A stretch of DNA of 15,298 nucleotides from an uncultured Thermococci archaeon (GTDB taxonomy: Archaea; Methanobacteriota_B; Thermococci; Thermococcales; Thermococcaceae): NCBI GenBank assembly GCA_964487115.1, contig CAZAPD010000036.1, positions 1 to 15,298 on the forward strand. The letters are read 5' to 3'. Below, piece by piece: positions 7,729 to 15,298 of the stretch (positions within the stretch are counted from its first letter, which is position 1; each line of letters begins with the position of its first letter). The position numbers were made by a program, and so were the translations under genes. Below the pieces are notes generated by a model that worked only from the letters and a program-made list of their open reading frames with translations, did not search any database and was not told where the DNA came from.

Positions 7729-8994
7729 ATGAACTGCACTGAAGATTACTGCATCAAGGACATCTCCCTCGCCCCGAGCGGCGAAAAAAAGATCGAGTGG
7801 GTCTCTCGCTTCATGCCGGTTCTACAGGCAATAAGGAGGGAGTTTGGGAAGAAACAACCCTTCAAGGGAGTCAGGATTTCAGCAACCCTGCACCTTGAGA
7901 TGAAAACAGCTTTTCTGCTCCTCACTCTCAAAGATGCTGGTGCTGAAGTCTCAGCTGCCGCAAGCAACCCGCTGTCAACGCAGGACGATGTTGTTGCCGC
8001 TCTGGCGAAGGCCGGCGTCAGGGTTTATGCCATAAGGGGAGAAAGCAGGGAAGAGTACTACGAGAACATGCACAAGGCCCTGGACATAAGGCCGAACATC
8101 ATCATCGACGACGGGGCCGACATGATAAGCGTTGTCCACCGCGAGAGGGAAGAGCTCATCGACGAAATCTGGGGCGCGAGCGAGGAGACAACGACGGGCG
8201 TCATAAGGCTCCGCGCGATGGAGAGGGACGGCGTGCTGAAGTTCCCGATAATAGCGGTGAACGACAGCTACACGAAATACCTCTTCGACAACCGCTACGG
8301 GACGGGGCAGTCCACCTGGGACGGAATAATAAGGACGACCAACCTTCTCGTCGCTGGAAAAAACGTTGTAGTTGTTGGCTACGGCTGGTGCGGAAGGGGC
8401 ATAGCGATGAGGGCTCGTGGACTGGGAGCGACGGTGATAGTCGTGGAGGTCGACCCCATCAGGGCGCTGGAGGCCAGGATGGACGGCTTCCTCGTCATGG
8501 ACATGAATGAGGCAGCCAGGATAGGCGACATCTTCGTCACATCAACGGGCAACATCAAATGCATCCGCAAAGAGCACTTCGAGGTCATGAAGGACGGCGT
8601 TATAATGGCTAACGCGGGCCACTTCGACGTGGAGATATGGAAGCCGGATCTGAATGAGCTGGCCGTTGAGATAAACCAGTCGAGGCCGAACATCACCGAG
8701 TACAAAATGAAGGACGGCAGGAGGCTCTACCTCCTCGCAGAGGGCAGGCTGGTGAATCTGGCTGCTGCCGATGGCCACCCGGCGGAGATAATGGACATGA
8801 GCTTCGCCCTCCAGGCCAAGGCCGCCGAGTACATCCTCAGCAACCACGAGAGGCTGGAGCCAAAGGTCTACGTCCTGCCGAGGGAGATAGACGAGATGGT
8901 AGCGAGGATTAAACTTGCTTCAATGGGGATAAAAACCGAGGAGCTGACAGAGGAGCAGAGGAGGTACCTCGAGAGCTGGGAGCATGGTACCTGA
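7729..8994 (+). CDS. ahcY: Adenosylhomocysteinase (SAH/SIH hydrolase)
   Basis: [41 protein letters not shown]-binding [19 protein letters not shown] and [11 protein letters not shown]. Alternative start GTG 7720. Confidence 0.98.
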   Translation: MNCTEDYCIKDISLAPSGEKKIEWVSRFMPVLQAIRREFGKKQPFKGVRISATLHLEMKTAFLLLTLKDAGAEVSAAASNPLSTQDDVVAALAKAGVRVYAIRGESREEYYENMHKALDIRPNIIIDDGADMISVVHREREELIDEIWGASEETTTGVIRLRAMERDGVLKFPIIAVNDSYTKYLFDNRYGTGQSTWDGIIRTTNLLVAGKNVVVVGYGWCGRGIAMRARGLGATVIVVEVDPIRALEARMDGFLVMDMNEAARIGDIFVTSTGNIKCIRKEHFEVMKDGVIMANAGHFDVEIWKPDLNELAVEINQSRPNITEYKMKDGRRLYLLAEGRLVNLAAADGHPAEIMDMSFALQAKAAEYILSNHERLEPKVYVLPREIDEMVARIKLASMGIKTEELTEEQRRYLESWEHGT

Positions 8995-9021
8995 GTCCCT
9001 TTTCTTTATCTGGTGATGCCC

Positions 9022-9678
9022 ATGAACTTCGAGCCCTTCAAGCTCGTCCCTCTTGGATACGTGAGGAAAAACGGCGAGACTTTCATAGAAATCCTCCCAA
9101 AGTTCATCGATGCAATCGATGGCCTCCATGAAGGGGACTGGATCAAGCTGATCCTCTGGTTCCACGCCAGCGATAACCCGGAGCGGAGAAGCATCCTCAA
9201 GGTTCACCCGTACAACAACCCCGAGAACCCTCTCAGGGGAGTTTTCGCCACCCGCTCACCGGTCAGGCCAAATCCCTTGGCGATATACGTCGTAAAAATC
9301 CACCGCATCGAAGGGAACAGGCTCTACATCGATTGGATAGACGCGATGGATGGGACACCCGTGGTGGACATTAAGATATTCGTGGAGAGGTTCGACTGCC
9401 CGGGAGAAACGCAGATTCTGGAGGGGGATCTTAACATACCCGCATCGAGACAGGTTGGAGAACTCAACCTGATACCGAGGAGGAGCAAGCACCTCGACGA
9501 GCTGGAGGAGGTCCCGCCGGATGAGTACGATGCGCTGATACTTGAAATAGGACCAAAGACTACCGTTCTCAGCGCCAAGGAGCTGATAGAGCTCATCGAA
9601 GCACTGAAAGAAATCTATGAGAACCTGCCTGTGGAAATAAAGGACAGGTTCAGAAAACGTGAAGGGCGCTCGTCTTGA
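9022..9678 (+). CDS. tsaA: tRNA (N6-threonylcarbamoyladenosine37-N6)-methyltransferase TrmO/TsaA (YaeB/AF0241 family) with a C-terminal extension
   Basis: [24 protein letters not shown] and [15 protein letters not shown] 9022 follows SD GGTGATG (alternative starts 9013/9016). Confidence 0.9.
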   Translation: MNFEPFKLVPLGYVRKNGETFIEILPKFIDAIDGLHEGDWIKLILWFHASDNPERRSILKVHPYNNPENPLRGVFATRSPVRPNPLAIYVVKIHRIEGNRLYIDWIDAMDGTPVVDIKIFVERFDCPGETQILEGDLNIPASRQVGELNLIPRRSKHLDELEEVPPDEYDALILEIGPKTTVLSAKELIELIEALKEIYENLPVEIKDRFRKREGRSS

Positions 9679-10684
9679 AGCTAACGTAAACTTCCCTGCC
9701 TTTTTCTATTCCCATTTCGAGCATGGAAGAACGGGTTATAAATGCCCTCAGCTCAACACCACCGGTTTTCAGTTGCACTCTCACGAGCGGGCCGAGTTCT
9801 TCGACACCTTCAACCACAGCTTTAAACTCATTTCTTGCTGATGTTTTAATTGGGCTGAGGGAAAGTATTATATCCTCTGGTCTGAGGCCGACTCTTATTC
9901 TGCCCTCAGTTTCTATTGGGAGCTCTATTTCAAGGCCATTAGCCTTTAAAATTCTTCCCTTTGCAGTACCTTCAATGATATTTTCAAAGCCAAGGAACTT
10001 GGCAACCTCTTCACTTGCAGGCTTCGAAAAGACTTCCCTAACGGTTCCTGCCTGAATGAGCTGACCGTCGAGCATAACTCCAACGCGGTCGCCCAGACTG
10101 ACTGCTTCCTCAAATGAGTGTGTTACATGGAGGGCTGTAAAACCCAACTCTTTTTTCCAGTGTTTCATCTCAGCTATCAACTTTCCTCTCGTCTGCAAAT
10201 CGAGATTGGCAAAGGGCTCATCGAGAAGGAGAAGTTCCGGTTCAATAACCAGTGCTCTTGCTATTGCAACCCTCTGTTGCTCCCCGCCGCTGAGTGTTTT
10301 TGGTTTCCTGTGAAGAAGGTGATTGATACCGAGGACATCTGAAATCTCCTCGACTTTTTTATCAATCTCAATTTTTGAAGTTTTTCTGATTTTCAGTCCA
10401 TAGGAGATGTTCTCAAAAACTGTCATGTGGGGGAAGAGGGCATAGTTTTGTGGGATATATGCGAAACATCTCTTCTCCGGTGGTAGTTCGGTTATATCTC
10501 TTCCATTCATGAAAATCCTCCCCTTGTCTGGACTGAATATCCCGGCAATGACCTCCAAAAGTAGCGTTTTCCCTGCCCCGCTCGGTCCCAGTATGATAAA
10601 GTACTCACCTTTCTTGATTTCAAAACTAATTTCTCTGAGTCTGAATTCTTTCCAATCTTTTGAAAGTGATTTTACCTCAAGCAT
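9650..10684 (-). CDS. wtpC: Tungstate/molybdate ABC transporter ATP-binding subunit
   Basis: Walker A GPSGAGKT, signature LSGGEQQR, Walker B LLLDEP, H-loop HVTH and a C-terminal TOBE domain. In an operon with wtpAB. Confidence 0.93.
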   Translation of the reverse strand: MLEVKSLSKDWKEFRLREISFEIKKGEYFIILGPSGAGKTLLLEVIAGIFSPDKGRIFMNGRDITELPPEKRCFAYIPQNYALFPHMTVFENISYGLKIRKTSKIEIDKKVEEISDVLGINHLLHRKPKTLSGGEQQRVAIARALVIEPELLLLDEPFANLDLQTRGKLIAEMKHWKKELGFTALHVTHSFEEAVSLGDRVGVMLDGQLIQAGTVREVFSKPASEEVAKFLGFENIIEGTAKGRILKANGLEIELPIETEGRIRVGLRPEDIILSLSPIKTSARNEFKAVVEGVEELGPLVRVQLKTGGVELRAFITRSSMLEMGIEKGREVYVSFKTSALHVF

Positions 10685-11423
10685 TTGCTTTCCTCCCTAC
10701 AAGCCACCTCAATATTATGAAGATAGTCAAGCTCATTGTTATCAATATAACAGAGATTGGCCTTGATGATCGTAGTCCGTAGTTGTTGAAGTATTCCATG
10801 ACAAGCACCTGGGCGGTTTTTGGATAATATGCCACTATGAGAATTGCACCCACCTCACTTATTGCTCTCGCCCATGTCATTATAGCTCCGCTCAGAATCG
10901 AAGAGAGCGCCATTGGCAGGGAAACTGTAAAGAATGCTTTCATCTGAGAGGCTCCAAGAGTCCTCGCCACATGTTCAAGCTTTTCATCAACAGCTGAAAA
11001 CCCATCCCGGGCTGCGTTTATCGTAAAGGGTGCAGAAACAAAGAGCATTGCAGCGATTATTCCGGTATAGCTGTCGAGTATAGCACTTGAGAATGTCACA
11101 AGAAGCATTATGCCAACAACAGAATGCGGTATAACTACTGGAACATCAACAACGGCCTGAACGATGCTTTTTCCTGGAAAATTTTTTCTTGCAAGAACGT
11201 AGCCAAGGGGAACGCCGAATAGGAGCGATATTAAAGCGGTGGCTGTTGCGGTGAAAAGGGAATTTCTAAGAGCCTTTATTACCAATGGGTCGTGAAGAGT
11301 CTTGATAAGCATCTCCAAATCAGAGAGTTGCTTTATTAGGATGACCATCAGTGGAATAACTACATACATCACAAGAAAGCTCCCCATGAGGGCAAAGAAT
11401 GCCACAGTATAGTTCCGCCTCAT
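10677..11423 (-). CDS. wtpB: Tungstate/molybdate ABC transporter permease
   Basis: [15 protein letters not shown]-like [11 protein letters not shown] and [10 protein letters not shown]. About 6 TM segments. Overlaps wtpC by 8 nt. Confidence 0.93.
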   Translation of the reverse strand: MRRNYTVAFFALMGSFLVMYVVIPLMVILIKQLSDLEMLIKTLHDPLVIKALRNSLFTATATALISLLFGVPLGYVLARKNFPGKSIVQAVVDVPVVIPHSVVGIMLLVTFSSAILDSYTGIIAAMLFVSAPFTINAARDGFSAVDEKLEHVARTLGASQMKAFFTVSLPMALSSILSGAIMTWARAISEVGAILIVAYYPKTAQVLVMEYFNNYGLRSSRPISVILITMSLTIFIILRWLVGRKANA

Positions 11424-11443
11424 TTAATCCCTCCAGATAAGTT

Positions 11444-11461
11444 GGGAAAGAGAAATAAAAA
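11444..11461 (-). terminator. T-rich intra-operon terminator/attenuator after wtpA
   Basis: Minus strand TTTTTATTTCTCTTTCCC immediately after the wtpA stop and before the wtpB SD (GGAGG). Confidence 0.45.
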
Positions 11462-11463
11462 CT

Positions 11464-12538
<1,075 letters not shown>

Positions 12539-12554
12539 GCAAACAATAGCATTA

Positions 12555-12576
12555 ACGTAAGTAATTTTATTTACGT
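12555..12576. promoter_or_regulatory. Imperfect 22-bp palindrome, candidate transcription-factor operator of wtpABC
   Basis: ACGTAAGTAA-TT-TTATTTACGT; 9 of 10 arm positions pair. Confidence 0.45.
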
Positions 12577-12578
12577 CC

Positions 12579-13124
12579 TCATTCTTTCTTTTTCGCCAGC
12601 TCCTCAACGAGTTTGCTGAAATATCTGTAGAACTCGTTTTCCCTGAGTTTTTCCAGTGTATTCCAGAACTCATCCAGATCAGAAAAGCCGGCCTTTTCAT
12701 ACTCATAGGCCTGAATTAACATCTCAATTCTGTCGGCAAACTTAACTAAACGGCCTTCTAAACTTGATTCCTCTTCATATTCCTCAAAGAGTTTGAAATA
12801 TTCCCTGCCAACTTCCCCAGCTGTAAGAAGCATCTCCATCATGGCCTTCTTTTCTGCCCTCTTCTTGTCAATGTAATGCTGTGCATCGAGAGGAATGTCG
12901 GTTATTCTTGCCTCTGCAAGGTCATGGAGAATGGCTATTTTTAGTGCCCTCTCAGCATTTATGTCAACATCCTTTGCTTTGAGCTCGTCCACCAAAAAGA
13001 GAGTTATAAGGGCAACACGAAAGGTATGATCGGCTATACTTTCCGGGCTTGAAATCCCATGAAGAAGCCATCCAGTTCTGGGAAGACGCTTGAGTTTTCC
13101 AGCCTCAAAGAAAAAGGAGAGCAT
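12579..13124 (-). CDS. HD-domain hydrolase (YfbR/HDDC2-like 5'-deoxynucleotidase family)
   Basis: LKRLPRTGW, ESIADH, ILHDLAEARITDI and KFADRIE. SD GGAGG upstream. Confidence 0.92.
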   Translation of the reverse strand: MLSFFFEAGKLKRLPRTGWLLHGISSPESIADHTFRVALITLFLVDELKAKDVDINAERALKIAILHDLAEARITDIPLDAQHYIDKKRAEKKAMMEMLLTAGEVGREYFKLFEEYEEESSLEGRLVKFADRIEMLIQAYEYEKAGFSDLDEFWNTLEKLRENEFYRYFSKLVEELAKKKE

Positions 13125-13126
13125 GC

Positions 13127-13441
13127 TCAGTCCTCCGCTGTGTATAAAGCTTTTTCAGTTTCAATGGCACTTGCAATGATGCCGTCTCCCACAAAACGCC
13201 CGTAAACTTTAACTATATCTCCTCTGCCAACGTAGGGGGTTCCTGGAAATTCTATCTTGAATCCATCAATATGAAAAGTTGTTCTTGAACTCGGCAGTTC
13301 CATTGGCAGAAATTCTATATGGGGTTTGTCTTCGATTACGCCTTCTAAAACAACGTTCTTACCTTTAAATTTACCGTTAGTTAGCTCTTCTGGTGTAACG
13401 ATGTAATAGTAATGATGACCAAGTTTCATCCTCTTCGGCAT
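13127..13441 (-). CDS. Small hypothetical protein, probable OB-fold
   Basis: Alternating beta-strand pattern GKNVVLEGVI...GRGDIVKVYGRF...IIASAI. ATG 13441 after SD GGTGA. 2-nt gap to the HD gene. Confidence 0.75.
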   Translation of the reverse strand: MPKRMKLGHHYYYIVTPEELTNGKFKGKNVVLEGVIEDKPHIEFLPMELPSSRTTFHIDGFKIEFPGTPYVGRGDIVKVYGRFVGDGIIASAIETEKALYTAED

Positions 13442-13456
13442 AGCAATCACCTAAGA

Positions 13457-13484
13457 CTTATATCGGGATGATTGATTATATTAA
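13457..13484. promoter_or_regulatory. Overlapping divergent TATA boxes (OB/HD operon and GTPase)
   Basis: Plus CTTATATC (13457-13464) and minus TTAATATA (13484-13477) within a 54-nt intergenic space. Confidence 0.45.
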
Positions 13485-13495
13485 CGGTGAGGGAT

Positions 13496-14059
13496 ATGAT
13501 AAAGGTTGCGATTATCGGCGCTGAAAATGTCGGCAAGTCAACGCTCATGAACGCACTCATAGGAGGTAGAATCTCGGAGGTTGAGGACTTACCTGGAACA
13601 ACAAAAAGAACAATTAGAAGGCGCTTTGGAAAGCTGAAGATACCCAAGAGCATGAAGAACCCGATAGGCGGTGCTGATGAGTTCGTGCTCATAGATACTG
13701 CTGGCCTCTTTGACCCTCAGAAAGAGCTTAGGGGAAAGGTTCTCAGCGAAGAAAAGTTCAGAACGGTTCTGAACGAGATAATATCATCGGATGTAGTTAT
13801 CCACATGGTGGATGCCCGGTATGGTCTTCACCGGGGCATGGAGAAGCTCCACCATCTTCTTAAGATGCGCTATGAGAAGCCCATAATAGTTGTGATAAAT
13901 AAGGTGGATCTCATATCAGGAGAAAGAGTTGAAGAGCTCAGAAAACTCATTAAAAAACGCCTTGAACAGGATGCAATACCACTTTCCCTGGTAACATTTG
14001 AGGGTTTTAATGATCTCCTAAGGGCTTTGGCTTATTATGCCCAGTATGCAAAGAAGTAA
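13496..14059 (+). CDS. Era-like / TRAFAC small GTP-binding protein
   Basis: G1 GAENVGKS, G2 PGTT, G3 DTAG and G4 NKVD. ATG 13496 after SD GGTGAGG (ORF track starts at 13472). Confidence 0.92.
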   Translation: MIKVAIIGAENVGKSTLMNALIGGRISEVEDLPGTTKRTIRRRFGKLKIPKSMKNPIGGADEFVLIDTAGLFDPQKELRGKVLSEEKFRTVLNEIISSDVVIHMVDARYGLHRGMEKLHHLLKMRYEKPIIVVINKVDLISGERVEELRKLIKKRLEQDAIPLSLVTFEGFNDLLRALAYYAQYAKK

Positions 14060-14194
14060 AGCTGTTTCCAATGTTCCTACTCTTCTTTTCTTGGTTCAAC
14101 ATCTCCAGCAGTCTTTCAGGGGGCTGTTTCATAGATAGTTAAAAGCGTAAAGTTTAAGTATTTTCGTTTCTTATCTTGTTTTGGTGGAGTGTAT

Positions 14195-14803
14195 ATGGGG
14201 CTCTATCGAACAGGAGAAGCATCACGACGCTTGGGCATCAGCAAACCAACCCTCCTCAGAAAAATCAAAACCGGCGAAATCAAAGCCTACCGGGTTGGGA
14301 GGGAATACCGTATTCCCGAGAGCGAAATCAAAAGGCTCCTTAAGGGCAAACTCCTCGATAAAGTCGTTATTTACGCAAGAGTCTCAAGCCGAGACCAGAA
14401 AGAGGACTTGGAGAGGCAAGTTGAATACCTCAAAAACTACTGCTCCGCAAAAGGCTATCAGGTCGTGAAAATCCTTACAGACATTTCATCAGGCTTAAAC
14501 GAAAATAGACGGGGATTAAAACAACTCTTCAAACTTGTGGAGAGCGGAGAAGTTGGGAAAGTCGTGGTAACCTACAGGGACAGGCTCACTCGCTTTGGCT
14601 TCAAATACCTTGAGCACTACTTCAACTCTCACGGTGTTGAAATTGAAGTCATCTTCGACGATGAAGAGAAGACCCCGGAGAAGGAACTCGTTGAGGACTT
14701 GTTAGCCATCGTAACTTCCTTTGCCGGAAAGCTTTACGGAATGCGTTCTCATAAGAAAAACCGCCTCGTTGAGGCGGTAAAGAATGCCCTCAGAGACGAT
14801 TAA
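14195..14803 (+). CDS. tnpA: IS607-family transposase (N-terminal MerR-like HTH plus serine recombinase)
   Basis: YRTGEASRRLGISKPTL HTH, catalytic YARVSS, DLERQ, DISSGLN, DRLTRFGF, ELVEDL and YGMRS. ATG 14195 after SD GGTGGAG (alternative GTG 14189). Confidence 0.95.
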   Translation: MGLYRTGEASRRLGISKPTLLRKIKTGEIKAYRVGREYRIPESEIKRLLKGKLLDKVVIYARVSSRDQKEDLERQVEYLKNYCSAKGYQVVKILTDISSGLNENRRGLKQLFKLVESGEVGKVVVTYRDRLTRFGFKYLEHYFNSHGVEIEVIFDDEEKTPEKELVEDLLAIVTSFAGKLYGMRSHKKNRLVEAVKNALRDD

Positions 14804-15298
14804 ACTCACGGCAAGGTTCAAGCTCAAAAACCCTCCGGAAGGGTTAGACGACCTCTTCTCCACTTACCGAGAAATCGTGAACTACCTCATCACTTACGCT
14901 TTTGAGAACAACGTAACCAGCTTTTACAGGCTCAAAAAAGAAACATACAAGACCCTACGCAGGGAATACTCTAAACTTCCAAGCCACTACCTCCACACGG
15001 CCTGCCAAATGGCCACGTCAATTTACAAGAGTTACAGAAAACGCAAAAAGAAGGGGAAGGCCAAGGGTAAGCCCGTTTTTAAGAAGAGCGTCATGATGCT
15101 GGACGACCACCTGTTCAAGCTCGACCTTGAAAAAGGAATAATCAAGCTCTCAACTCCTAAGGAGAGAATCCAACTGGAGTTTTATCCGGCCAAGTATCAC
15201 GGGAAGTTCAGGGGCTGGAAGGTTGGGCAAGCATGGTTAGTCAAAACACCAAAGGGAGTCTTCATCAACGTGGTTTTCTCCAAGGAGGTTGAAGTTGG
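14784..15298 (+). CDS. tnpB: TnpB RNA-guided endonuclease, N-terminal part (truncated by the window end; not in the ORF track)
   Basis: Manual translation is open for 171 codons: MPSETIKLTARFKLKNPPEGLDDLFSTYREIVNYLITYAFENNVTSFYRLKKETYKTLRREYSKLPSHYLHTACQMATSIYKSYRKRKKKGKAKGKPVFKK...WKVGQAWLVKTPKGVFINVVFSKEVEV. Overlaps tnpA by 20 nt. The RuvC motifs would lie beyond the window. Confidence 0.88.
   Translation, partial: MPSETIKLTARFKLKNPPEGLDDLFSTYREIVNYLITYAFENNVTSFYRLKKETYKTLRREYSKLPSHYLHTACQMATSIYKSYRKRKKKGKAKGKPVFKKSVMMLDDHLFKLDLEKGIIKLSTPKERIQLEFYPAKYHGKFRGWKVGQAWLVKTPKGVFINVVFSKEVEV

Larger units (their letters stand above)
14122..15298 (+). mobile_element. IS607-family insertion sequence (left part; continues beyond the window)
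   Basis: Serine-recombinase tnpA overlapping tnpB, with no terminal inverted repeats. The left end is placed tentatively at the G run 14119-14123, because IS607 recombines at a GG core. Confidence 0.88.

Noticed and set aside
13411..13470. C/D-box sRNA starting at ATGATGA (13412-13418)
   Set aside because: There is no CTGA D or D' box at suitable spacing, and the motif is simply antisense to His codons. No convincing C/D sRNA was seen in other intergenic gaps by eye.
14061..14130. GCTGTTTC repeated at 14061-14068 and 14123-14130 as a target-site duplication
   Set aside because: IS607 elements do not make such duplications, and both copies are on the same side of the element. Probably chance.
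14750..14790. Programmed frameshift fusing TnpA and TnpB (A-rich AAGAAAAAC followed by a hairpin)
   Set aside because: tnpB is in the +1 frame, not -1, and that frame has a TAA at 14778-14780 just before the ATG, so slippage at the A run cannot make a fusion.

Overview
Chromosomal window from a hyperthermophilic archaeon of the order Thermococcales (Thermococcus-like), judged from the 5S rRNA sequence, GGTGA/GGAGG Shine-Dalgarno sites, TATA/BRE promoters and gene content. It is mostly core genome. In order: a PH0459-like HAD hydrolase; two tandem ASCH-domain genes; a 54-aa class III signal peptide (type IV pilin-like) gene missed by the ORF track, followed by an EppA-type prepilin peptidase; a SerB-like HAD; pcm; a stand-alone 5S rRNA gene; a ~500-aa protein that looks like a catalytically dead MCM paralogue, coupled to rnp4; a cyclase-family hydrolase; ahcY and tsaA/trmO, which lie in a GC-rich patch; the wtpABC tungstate/molybdate transporter; an HD hydrolase with a small OB-fold gene; an Era-like GTPase; and the left part of an IS607 element (tnpA plus a tnpB truncated by the window edge). 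The most interesting items are the inactive MCM-like gene, the two-subtype ASCH pair, the GC-rich ahcY-tsaA patch, a candidate operator upstream of wtpA, and a hairpin hiding the tnpB ribosome-binding site. All family calls come from recognising motifs by eye; no database search was run.
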